A DNA stretch of 21,857 nucleotides from Faecalicatena faecalis (GTDB taxonomy: Bacteria > Bacillota > Clostridia > Lachnospirales > Lachnospiraceae). The stretch covers positions 1 to 21,857 of the forward strand of contig NZ_JABACJ020000040.1 in the NCBI RefSeq assembly GCF_012524165.2. Reading direction: 5' to 3'. Under the pieces are notes generated by a model. The model did not search any database. It was given only the letters and a program-made list of their open reading frames with translations, and was not told the origin of the DNA. Made by a program: the position numbers and the translations under genes. Shown here in pieces: positions 8,201 to 15,897 of this stretch (the stretch's first letter is position 1; every line of letters begins with the position of its first letter).

Positions 8201-9561
8201 GTAAATTGTGGTCGGTCACATCAAGGCTCGGTCAGGTAATCGACTATGCCGCCAATCCCGAAAAGACGGCGGCAGATATTTACACCGAGGAACAGTATCA
8301 GGCTCTCCGTGATGTGCTTGCCTACGCAAAGGACGAAGAAAAAACCGAGCGTGAATTTTTCGTTGAGGGTATCAACTGCAACCCTGCGACCGCAAGAGAC
8401 CAGTTTGTATCTGTGAAAAAAGCATACGGCAAAGACGACGGCATACAAGCCTATCACGGATACCTGAGTTTTAAGGAACAGGACATATCCCCGGAGCTGG
8501 CACAGAAAATCGGAATGGAATTTGCAAACGAAGTGTGGGGCAAAAGATTTCAGGTGGTGGTTACTACTCATCTGAATACGAAGCACCTGCACTGCCATTA
8601 TGTAATCAACTCCGTTTCCTTTGTAGACGGCAAGCGGTTATGGGGAGATGAAAAAGCGTGGTTCAAGTTCCGTTTTGTTGCCGACCGTCTCTGTGAAAAG
8701 TACGGACTGTATTATAATCCGAACCCGAACCGCAGTAAGCAATCCTCTTATTACTACAAGCAGGAGCAAGCCGGTATGCCGAGCCGATACTCCATTACTC
8801 GTGACGCCATTGATGAAGCGATTGCACACAGCACCAACCTAAAGACCTTTGATTATATTCTCACGCAGATGGGCTATGAGCATTGTCTCAGCGACAGCCG
8901 AAAGTATTGGACGATTGTTCCGAAAGGATACAAGAAGCCGATACGACTTAAATCCCTCGGAGAGAATTATACCGAGGAAGCAATCAAGCGTAGGCTGACG
9001 GAAAATCAAAAGGTTCTCATCGTTCCTTTTGCCAAAGAAACGGTAAGAGTCAGGCAGTACCGAATGCCCACAAGAGAACACAAAATCAAAAAGGTCGGCG
9101 GACTGTATGGGCTGTATCTGCATTACTGCTATAAGCTGGGTTATCTGCCGAAATACAAAAAACAGAATACCGCAAGGCTTCACTATCTTTTGAAAGAAGA
9201 TTTGCTGAAGCTCGACAAAATCACTCAGGAGACAAGGCTGCTTGGACGGGAGAACATTTCTACCGACGAGCAGCTTTTCTCATATAAAGAGTCCGTGTTG
9301 TCGCAAATCAAATCATTGACTGACGATAGAACGCACCTGCGAAAACAGTTAAGAAGAAATTTGAGTGACGATGAGCTATCAAATGTCAAAGAACAGATTG
9401 CGGCAATCACGAGCAAGCTGTGGACTCTCCGCAAAGAGGTCGGTCTTTGTGATGACATAGCCGAAAGGTCAAAGGTCATTGAAGCCAACCTTGAGACGGT
9501 TAGAGTTTACGAAGAAAAACAGGAAAGAAAGGAGCAGAACCGTTATGACAAACGGAGGTGA
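8191..9561 (+). CDS. Relaxase/mobilisation nuclease (MobA/VirD2-type, PF03432-like)
   Basis: It is 456 aa. A histidine-triad region, HLNTKHLHCHYVINS (nt 8569-8598), lies in the N-terminal third. The C-terminus is coiled-coil/charged. It is translationally overlapped with mobC. Confidence 0.9.
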   Translation: MAVSKLWSVTSRLGQVIDYAANPEKTAADIYTEEQYQALRDVLAYAKDEEKTEREFFVEGINCNPATARDQFVSVKKAYGKDDGIQAYHGYLSFKEQDISPELAQKIGMEFANEVWGKRFQVVVTTHLNTKHLHCHYVINSVSFVDGKRLWGDEKAWFKFRFVADRLCEKYGLYYNPNPNRSKQSSYYYKQEQAGMPSRYSITRDAIDEAIAHSTNLKTFDYILTQMGYEHCLSDSRKYWTIVPKGYKKPIRLKSLGENYTEEAIKRRLTENQKVLIVPFAKETVRVRQYRMPTREHKIKKVGGLYGLYLHYCYKLGYLPKYKKQNTARLHYLLKEDLLKLDKITQETRLLGRENISTDEQLFSYKESVLSQIKSLTDDRTHLRKQLRRNLSDDELSNVKEQIAAITSKLWTLRKEVGLCDDIAERSKVIEANLETVRVYEEKQERKEQNRYDKRR

Positions 9562-10339
9562 TGCGGCAGAACAGGTCGTCAGGCTATCGCTTGAGGGCTT
9601 TGAAGTAGCCGCAAAATTAAGCGGAGCGGCAGCAAAGAATATTGCCGTTCTATTAGTCTCTGTTCTCAAACAGGAACAGAAAACAAAAGGCAAGGCTCGA
9701 CTTACCAATATGATTAAGTCGGGCAAGGAACTGAAGGTGTTTTCTATCCCCAACAAGGACTTGAAGAAGTTTACCGAGCAGGCAAAACGCTACGGCGTTC
9801 TATACTGCGTACTCAGGGATAAAAACACAAAGGGCGATAATGTACCGATTGATATTATTGCCCGTGCAGAGGACGCTTCCAAAATTCAGAGAATCGTTGA
9901 GAGATTTGAACTCGGTAAAGTTGATAAGGCTGCGATTGTCACCGAGTCTCAGAAGGCTGTCGAAAAGCGTGAAGCTTTGGAGAAAGACAAGCCGACGAAA
10001 ACCAAAAACGAAATCATCACTGAGGAAGCCGTCAGAAAACCTATTCAGAAAGAGGGGTATTCCCAGTCAAACCCCACAGTCGCCAAAACGGACAAAAACC
10101 CTCCGTCAAGGCACGACTCCGAGCCGGTAGATATGCAAACTGATAAGGGTACTGTAAGCGACAGACAGAGAAAGCCGTCGGTGAAAGCAAAGCTTGACCG
10201 ATATAAGGCACAGTCCAAGCAGCAGAAAGAAGCAGAACGCAAAGAACCGGAGGTATCAAAGCCGGAGGTAAAGAACGCCCCGGCACAGACCGTACACCAG
10301 CAGCCGAAACCCAAAAGCAAAAATGTGAAAGAGAGGTAA
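9545..10339 (+). CDS. PcfB-family (DUF3801) protein with a Lys/Glu/Pro-rich disordered tail
   Basis: AAGGAG at 9529-9534 precedes ATG9545, the MTNGG... start. The ORF-track start at 9479 lies inside the relaxase. The N-terminal 130 aa (VVRLSLEGFEVAAKLSGAAAKNIAVLL...YGVLYCVL...DIIARAEDASKIQRIVERF) match the PcfB pattern as I recall it. Confidence 0.75.
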   Translation: MTNGGDAAEQVVRLSLEGFEVAAKLSGAAAKNIAVLLVSVLKQEQKTKGKARLTNMIKSGKELKVFSIPNKDLKKFTEQAKRYGVLYCVLRDKNTKGDNVPIDIIARAEDASKIQRIVERFELGKVDKAAIVTESQKAVEKREALEKDKPTKTKNEIITEEAVRKPIQKEGYSQSNPTVAKTDKNPPSRHDSEPVDMQTDKGTVSDRQRKPSVKAKLDRYKAQSKQQKEAERKEPEVSKPEVKNAPAQTVHQQPKPKSKNVKER

Positions 10340-10344
10340 TCACA

Positions 10345-11229
10345 ATGACAAATAATTTTACCCCTGCTAAGGCAGGACAGCAGAGCAAACGACTTTCCAA
10401 AGAGGAATATGCCGAGAAGATGAAAGCGGAAAAAGAAGCCGTATATCAGATGGCGGACGACACCGCAAAGGCGATCGTTTCCGACCCGGAAAAGTTCAAA
10501 GCCTTCCTTGATACGCAGAGCCGTCTCGACCGATACTCTGCGGTCAATGCACTTCTGATTTTCAAGCAGCTTCCCGAAGCAAGCCAGCTCAAAAACTTTG
10601 ATGACTGGAGCAAGGATAATGTGAAAATTCAGAAAGGAGCGAAAAGCATTTCCATTCTTGAACCTGTCGAGTATGCAAAGAGAGACGGTACAACCGGCAT
10701 TTCCTATAATGTGAAAAAGGTCTTTGATGTTTCACAGACCAACGGCAAGAGACCGCCTGCTCCGACTGTCAACCGTGACCCGAAAGCACTCATTACCGTT
10801 ATGCTGGATTCTTCCCCGGTTGAAGTGGAAGCAACAAATGAGCTTCCGTATCCCAATATGGCGGCGTTTTACAACAATGAGGAGCAGACCTTGTATGTAA
10901 AGCGTGATGTGGGAGACAGCGTAGCGGTCGCTCAGTGCGTAGCACAGGAGCTTGGCCACGCACAGCTCTCCATTAACAGCGACAGTTACAGCAGAGCGGA
11001 TATGGGCTTTCAGGCGGTATGTATCGGCTATATGCTTTGCAAGAAGTACGGCGTCGATACACAAAATTTTGCTATCAACCGTATTCCTGAGAAGCTCGCC
11101 GGCAAAGAGCCGAAGGACATTCGCTATGAGCTTTCCAAAACGAGAAATGCAATGGCGGATATTCATTCCCGTGTTTCCGATGAGCTTTACAAGAAAAAGC
11201 AGGAACGAAGCAAAGACTACGAAAGATAA
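10345..11229 (+). CDS. ArdC-like protein: an N-terminal ssDNA-binding-like domain plus a C-terminal metallopeptidase-like domain
   Basis: SAVNALLIFKQLPEASQLKNFDDWSKDNVKIQKGAKSISILEP resembles the ArdC N-domain. The C-terminal half carries QELGH where an HExxH zinc motif would be expected. Confidence 0.65.
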   Translation: MTNNFTPAKAGQQSKRLSKEEYAEKMKAEKEAVYQMADDTAKAIVSDPEKFKAFLDTQSRLDRYSAVNALLIFKQLPEASQLKNFDDWSKDNVKIQKGAKSISILEPVEYAKRDGTTGISYNVKKVFDVSQTNGKRPPAPTVNRDPKALITVMLDSSPVEVEATNELPYPNMAAFYNNEEQTLYVKRDVGDSVAVAQCVAQELGHAQLSINSDSYSRADMGFQAVCIGYMLCKKYGVDTQNFAINRIPEKLAGKEPKDIRYELSKTRNAMADIHSRVSDELYKKKQERSKDYER

Positions 11230-11238
11230 GGTGAGACT

Positions 11239-11442
11239 ATGGCGAAGGAAGAAATGTATCATATCGCATTGGACGATTATGAACACGGCATTATTATCCG
11301 TTCTCTCAATGACGAGAAAACAGATTTGATGAACGAGGGTAAATCTACCGATGCGGTGGACGACCTTATCATCAAGGTCGGAACTGCCCCAAAGAAAAAG
11401 TTCAGAGTTATCGAAAAGGAACGCTCCTGTGAATCGAGATAA
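11239..11442 (+). CDS. Small hypothetical protein (67 aa)
   Basis: AAGGTGAG lies 4-5 nt upstream of ATG11239. The product is acidic and soluble-looking. It sits immediately upstream of the coupling-protein gene and overlaps it. Confidence 0.5.
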   Translation: MAKEEMYHIALDDYEHGIIIRSLNDEKTDLMNEGKSTDAVDDLIIKVGTAPKKKFRVIEKERSCESR

Positions 11443-13225
11443 CGAAAGGCAGTCTGCTATTATTCTTTCCGTCATCGGTATTATCCCGGTCGTATGGCTG
11501 GCACTTCTGATTGCACCCTCTGTAAAAGGAGGATTGCCGGAAATACTGCCGAGCCTATTAACAGCGTTCAACGAACCATTTCATATTGAGCTATGCGAGG
11601 ACAGCCTAAAAACTGTCCTCGTTTTGCTTCTCTGCTATGCAATGGGTATTGGGATTTACTTCTCAACACAGAAGAATTACCGAAGGCGTGAAGAACACGG
11701 TTCTGCGAAATGGGGCAATGCAAGAGCCGTAAACAAAAAATACAGACAGTCTCCGGCTTCTGCAAATAAGCTGATGACGCAAAATGTCTGTATCGGACTC
11801 AATGCGAAGAAGCACCGAAGAAACTTAAACACCCTTGTGTGCGGCGGTTCGGGAGCCGGTAAGACAAGGTTTTACTGCAAGCCGAATCTTATGCAGTGCA
11901 ACACATCATTTGTCATTCTTGACCCAAAGGGCGAAATTCTCCGAGATACCGGAAAGCTGCTTGAAAGCAAAGGCTATGAAGTCCGTGTTCTCGATTTGAT
12001 TTCAATGGAGAAAAGTCATTGCTATAACCCATTTGTCTATTTACAGAATGACAACGATGTGCAAAAGCTCGTGACGAACCTTTTTAAGAGTACCACTCCG
12101 AAAGGCAGTCAGGCACAAGACCCCTTTTGGGATACCTCGGCTTCAATGCTTCTGCTTGCACTAATATTTTATCTTCATTATGAAGCACCCGAAGATGAAC
12201 AGAATTTTGCAATGATAATGGAAATGCTCAGAGCCGGTGCGATTGAGGACGAGGAGGACACAAGACCTTCTCCTCTTGACGAACTGTTTGCGGAACTGGA
12301 AATGTCAAATCCCGACCACATCGCTTTGAAGTATTACCGTTCCTATCATTCAGGTGCGGCGAAAACCTTAAAGTCCATACAGATAACCCTTGCGGCAAGA
12401 CTGGAAAAGTTCAATCTTGAAAGTCTTGCTTCTTTAACCACCACAGACGAGCTTGACCTCCCATCACTCGGAGAGAAAAAGGTCGCTCTGTTTGCTTTGA
12501 TACCGGATAACGATTCCAGCTTTAACTTCTTGGTATCTATCCTTTACACACAGCTTTTTCAGCAGTTGTTTTATGCTGCCGACCATATTCACGGAGGCTC
12601 GCTTCCCGTTCCTGTTCATTTCCTGATGGACGAATTTGCGAATGTGAGCCTGCCCGATGACTTTGACAAGATACTGTCAGTTATGCGTTCCCGTGGAGTG
12701 TCGGTAAGTATCATCTTGCAGAACTTGGCTCAGTTAAAAGCCTTGTTTGAAAAGCAATGGGAAAGTATTGTCGGCAACTGCGACGAGTTTTTATATCTCG
12801 GCGGTAACGAGCAAAGCACTCACAAATATGTGTCCGAGCTTCTCGGCAAGGAAACCATTGATACCAACACTTTCGGAAAAAGTACCGGGCGAAGCGGTAA
12901 CTACTCCACCAATTATCAGATTAGCGGTCGAGAGCTTCTTACCCCCGATGAAGTTCGTATGCTTGATAACCAATATGCAATTCTGTTTATTCGTGGAGAA
13001 CGCCCCGTTATGGATTTCAAGTATGACATCTTGAAGCACCCGAATGTGGCACTTACAACCGATGGAAAGGCTTCTGCCTATAAGCACGGCGAAGTTACCA
13101 TCAAACACTCATCAATTTCCGTTCTTTCTATTGACCCGGAAGAACTTCCGGAGGAAAGCTACGGAGAAACCAATTACGAGCTTCTGTCCGATGAGGATTT
13201 TGAAGTAAATAAAAACTTATTTTAA
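11429..13225 (+). CDS. Type IV coupling protein (VirD4/TraG family ATPase)
   Basis: There are two N-terminal TM helices. Walker A is GGSGAGKT (nt 11843-11866) and Walker B is HFLMDEFAN. The preferred start is GTG11429, with AAAGGA at 11415-11420. The ORF track gives ATG11351, which overlaps the upstream ORF by 92 nt. Confidence 0.9.
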   Translation: MNRDNERQSAIILSVIGIIPVVWLALLIAPSVKGGLPEILPSLLTAFNEPFHIELCEDSLKTVLVLLLCYAMGIGIYFSTQKNYRRREEHGSAKWGNARAVNKKYRQSPASANKLMTQNVCIGLNAKKHRRNLNTLVCGGSGAGKTRFYCKPNLMQCNTSFVILDPKGEILRDTGKLLESKGYEVRVLDLISMEKSHCYNPFVYLQNDNDVQKLVTNLFKSTTPKGSQAQDPFWDTSASMLLLALIFYLHYEAPEDEQNFAMIMEMLRAGAIEDEEDTRPSPLDELFAELEMSNPDHIALKYYRSYHSGAAKTLKSIQITLAARLEKFNLESLASLTTTDELDLPSLGEKKVALFALIPDNDSSFNFLVSILYTQLFQQLFYAADHIHGGSLPVPVHFLMDEFANVSLPDDFDKILSVMRSRGVSVSIILQNLAQLKALFEKQWESIVGNCDEFLYLGGNEQSTHKYVSELLGKETIDTNTFGKSTGRSGNYSTNYQISGRELLTPDEVRMLDNQYAILFIRGERPVMDFKYDILKHPNVALTTDGKASAYKHGEVTIKHSSISVLSIDPEELPEESYGETNYELLSDEDFEVNKNLF

Positions 13226-13239
13226 CGGAGGAAAACACA

Positions 13240-13599
13240 ATGACTATTTTTAAGAAGAACAACGAAAAGAAAACTACTCAGAAGCTGCCTATGACCGGAA
13301 AGGTTAAGAAAGGCTTCCGTGCTTACTGCGCCGTAATCGCAGCAGCAACTCTTGTCTGCGGCATGAGCGTTACCGCTTTTGCCGCAAGCGACCCGATTAC
13401 CGTAGTCAACAATCTGTCCGATTTCATCTTCGGACTTATCCGTGCCATCGGTCTTATCCTGCTTGGCTTCGGTATCGTTCAGGTCGGTCTCTCTTTGAAG
13501 TCTCACGACCCGTCTCAGAGAGCCAACGGCTTCCTGACCCTTGCGGGAGGTATCATCATCACCTTTGCCAAGGAAATCCTGACCCTTATTACCGGCTAA
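13240..13599 (+). CDS. Maff2-family small membrane protein (VirB2/pilin-like topology)
   Basis: GGAGGAAAA lies upstream of the ATG. It has a signal peptide ending AFA|AS followed by two hydrophobic helices: LILLGFGIVQVGLSL...DPSQRANGFLTLAGGIIITF. Confidence 0.75.
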   Translation: MTIFKKNNEKKTTQKLPMTGKVKKGFRAYCAVIAAATLVCGMSVTAFAASDPITVVNNLSDFIFGLIRAIGLILLGFGIVQVGLSLKSHDPSQRANGFLTLAGGIIITFAKEILTLITG

Positions 13600-13618
13600 A
13601 AGAACACAGTTATCAAAC

Positions 13619-13648
13619 GGGGCATACCTGGCGTTTCAGGTATGCCCC
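13619..13648 (+). terminator. Perfect 12-bp GC-rich hairpin just after maff2; partial terminator, attenuator or mRNA-stabilising 3' hairpin
   Basis: GGGGCATACCTG (13619-13630), loop GCGTTT, CAGGTATGCCCC (13637-13648). It is followed by TAATCTT, so the U-tract is weak. It lies 24 nt upstream of the next start codon. Confidence 0.5.
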
Positions 13649-13672
13649 TAATCTTAAAGGAGGTGCAAACAG

Positions 13673-14509
13673 ATGAGTGATAACTGGGTGGTTCAGAACC
13701 TCGAAAATGCCCTTGAAACTTGGAACAGCAAGCTATCGGAAATATGGCAGTTACTAACCACTTCACCGCAGCAGTTCAAAGGCGGCAGTATTTGGTCGGT
13801 AATGGTGAATATCAACGGTGCAGTTCAGGCTATCGGTCTTGCCCTGCTTGTTCTGTTTTTTGTTGTCGGTGTGGTTCGCACCTGCGGCAGTTTTACCGAT
13901 GTAAAGAAACCGGAACACGCATTAAAGCTGTTCATTCGATTTGCCATTGCCAAAGGTGTGATTACCTACGGGCTGGAGCTTATGCTTGCCCTGTTCGACA
14001 TCGTACAAGGTACGATTTCAACCATAATGACATCTGCGGGATTCGGTACGCCCAATCAAACAACCTTGCCTGCTGAAATGGTAACAACCATTGAAAGCTG
14101 CGGATTTTTTGAGAGTATCCCATTGTGGGCGGTTACTCTTATCGGCGGACTGTTTATCACGGTCTTGTCGTTCATTATGATAATGACGGTGTACGGACGA
14201 TTTTTCAAGCTGTATATGTACACGGCTCTCGCTCCGATACCGCTTTCCACTTTTGCCGGAGAGCCGTCGCAGAATGTGGGTAAGAGCTTTATAAAGAGCT
14301 ATTGTGCCGTTTTGCTTGAGGGAGCAGTAATTGTACTTGCTTGTATCATCTTCTCCCTATTTGCTTCTACGCCGCCGGTAGTAAACCCTGACGCAGCAGC
14401 CGTTACTCAGGTATGGGCATATATCGGCGAACTGGTATTCAATATGCTTGTGCTTGTCGGTGCAGTAAAGATGAGCGACCGAATTATCCGTGAAATGATG
14501 GGCTTATAA
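13673..14509 (+). CDS. VirB6/TrbL-like polytopic membrane protein (CD0415/CD1112-type)
   Basis: AAAGGAGG lies upstream of the ATG. There are at least 5 predicted TM helices. The YGRFFKLYMYTALAPIPLSTF segment is typical of this family in clostridial elements, from recall. Confidence 0.7.
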   Translation: MSDNWVVQNLENALETWNSKLSEIWQLLTTSPQQFKGGSIWSVMVNINGAVQAIGLALLVLFFVVGVVRTCGSFTDVKKPEHALKLFIRFAIAKGVITYGLELMLALFDIVQGTISTIMTSAGFGTPNQTTLPAEMVTTIESCGFFESIPLWAVTLIGGLFITVLSFIMIMTVYGRFFKLYMYTALAPIPLSTFAGEPSQNVGKSFIKSYCAVLLEGAVIVLACIIFSLFASTPPVVNPDAAAVTQVWAYIGELVFNMLVLVGAVKMSDRIIREMMGL

Positions 14510-14523
14510 CGGGAGGTTCTCTG

Positions 14524-14709
14524 ATGAAGAAAAACAAGAAAAATAACGATAGATGGCAGGGCTATACGCCTGCCGACTGCGACTGCAAATATTGTGTGTA
14601 CTACGGAGGAAAGAAAAACGGCAATGTAATTTGCCTTGCGGACGCCTGCGTCTGCTCTGATGAAATCCGTCACGCAAAACAGGCATATCGCAGAGAAAGG
14701 AGCTTTTGA
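14524..14709 (+). CDS. Small cysteine-rich protein (Cys_rich_VLP-like), 61 aa
   Basis: GGGAGG lies upstream of the ATG. It has six Cys arranged CxCxxC...CxxxxCxC. Its stop, TGA at 14707-14709, shares one nt with the prgI-like ATG. Confidence 0.6.
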   Translation: MKKNKKNNDRWQGYTPADCDCKYCVYYGGKKNGNVICLADACVCSDEIRHAKQAYRRERSF

Positions 14710-15068
14710 TGGAAGTCAAAATTAACCGAGAGATACGAAACTATACAGAGTCAATGTTTTTTGGACTGTCGCTCAGACAGTTCATTTTTTCTGTTCTCGC
14801 CTGTGCGGTAGCGGTAGGACTTTACTTTCTCTTAAAACCGTACCTTGGAACAGAAACCGTATCGTGGGTGTGCATTTTGGGAGCTGCCCCTTTTGCGGCT
14901 CTAGGCTTTGTGAAATACAACGGAATGACAGCTGAGAAATTTATATGGGCGTGGATTAAGTCCGAGTTCCTTATGCCGAAAAAGCTGGTTTTTCATTCCA
15001 CCAACACCTATTACGAATTGATGAAATCGACAATCGAACAAAAACAAAAAATCAAAAAGGAAAATTGA
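14709..15068 (+). CDS. PrgI-family (VirB3-like) T4SS membrane protein
   Basis: INREIRNYTESMFFGLSLRQFIFSVLACAVAVGLYFLL is followed by a second TM helix, the typical PrgI/VirB3 pattern. It sits upstream of virB4. ATG14709 is preferred over the ORF-track TTG14706. Confidence 0.8.
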   Translation: MEVKINREIRNYTESMFFGLSLRQFIFSVLACAVAVGLYFLLKPYLGTETVSWVCILGAAPFAALGFVKYNGMTAEKFIWAWIKSEFLMPKKLVFHSTNTYYELMKSTIEQKQKIKKEN

Positions 15069-15082
15069 ACAGTTTTTCGGGA

Positions 15083-15111
15083 TTGACAAGTAAGCATTGT
15101 TTAATTATAAT
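15083..15111 (+). promoter_or_regulatory. Consensus sigma-A/sigma-70 promoter for the nucleotidyltransferase cassette
   Basis: TTGACA (15083-15088), a 17-nt spacer, then TATAAT (15106-15111). Both hexamers are perfect. It lies 53 nt upstream of ATG15165, which has AAAGGAG 7 nt upstream. Confidence 0.65.
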
Positions 15112-15164
15112 AATATGATTTAGCATTAGCTGAATGGACGGCTTGGGAAGAAAGGAGTTTTACT

Positions 15165-15821
15165 ATGTACGAGTATGTAAATGACAAACAATTTCTGAGC
15201 CGTATGCGTTCTCTTTGTGGAGATATAATGCAAGACCTTTGTCACACATTGAAAGAAGAATATGACATTGGTGCTTCATTCTACCTTGTGGGGAGCGGTG
15301 CAAAAAATCTAATAATGCAAAATGCCAACAGACCTATTGACTTGGACTATAACCTTGAAATCACGAGAATAGATGACTGGGAGGATTGTAGAAACATCAA
15401 GGAGTGTGTCAGAAAGGCTTTTAATACGGTTCTTCGGAAACACGGATGGAATGACTGTGAAGATTCAACATCATCACTAACTACGGAGAAGCGCTGTTTC
15501 ACTCAGGGCAATGATACAGATTTTTCAATAGATGTCTGTATTGTCTGTGAGGATGTTGACGGCAATTATCACCGCTTAATTCACGAAAAAACAGGCTTTT
15601 CTTATTATGATAAGTATTTTTGGAATCAAGCACCTAATTCAAGGCGACTCAAAGAAAAGGCTGATTATATTAAAAGCAAAGGCAAATGGGCATTAGTCAG
15701 AGAACAGTACAAAAGAATAAAAAACAAGTATTTGACCTCAAATGACTATAACCATTCTTCGTTTATTTGTTATATTGAAGCTGTAAACAATGTTTATAAC
15801 TCAAGAAAGCACTGGGATTAA
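15165..15821 (+). CDS. Minimal Pol-beta-superfamily nucleotidyltransferase (218 aa), subfamily unresolved
   Basis: It carries the hG[GS]-x(n)-DxD...D signature: G43-S44 (nt 15291-15296), D59-L-D61 (nt 15339-15347) in IDLDYNLEI, and a third acidic residue, D123 (nt 15531-15533), in DFSIDVCIV. A helical N-terminal lead-in and a helical C-terminal tail are present. The gene is markedly AT-rich relative to its neighbours. Confidence 0.7.
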   Translation: MYEYVNDKQFLSRMRSLCGDIMQDLCHTLKEEYDIGASFYLVGSGAKNLIMQNANRPIDLDYNLEITRIDDWEDCRNIKECVRKAFNTVLRKHGWNDCEDSTSSLTTEKRCFTQGNDTDFSIDVCIVCEDVDGNYHRLIHEKTGFSYYDKYFWNQAPNSRRLKEKADYIKSKGKWALVREQYKRIKNKYLTSNDYNHSSFICYIEAVNNVYNSRKHWD

Positions 15822-15842
15822 AACTTAACAACACTAATTTTT

Positions 15843-15872
15843 ATCGTCACTTAATTAAGTGGCGATTTTTTT
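15843..15872 (+). terminator. Rho-independent terminator of the nucleotidyltransferase cassette
   Basis: The stem is ATCGTCACTT (15843-15852) / AAGTGGCGAT (15857-15866) with one G-U pair. The loop is AATT. A run of seven T follows, ending at 15872. Confidence 0.75.
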
Positions 15873-15897
15873 ATGCAAAAGGAGGCATACAAGAACA

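Noticed and set aside
15165-15821. Calling the 218-aa nucleotidyltransferase a known antibiotic-resistance enzyme (Lnu lincosamide NTase, or an ANT(4')/ANT(6)/ANT(9) aminoglycoside NTase), or an MNT antitoxin.
   Set aside because: The region around the GS...DxD motif (LVGSGAKNLIMQNANRPIDLDYNL) does not resemble the Lnu(A), ANT(4') or ANT(9) sequences I can recall. There is no adjacent HEPN partner for an MNT. This is not excluded, but it is not supported, so the subfamily is left open.
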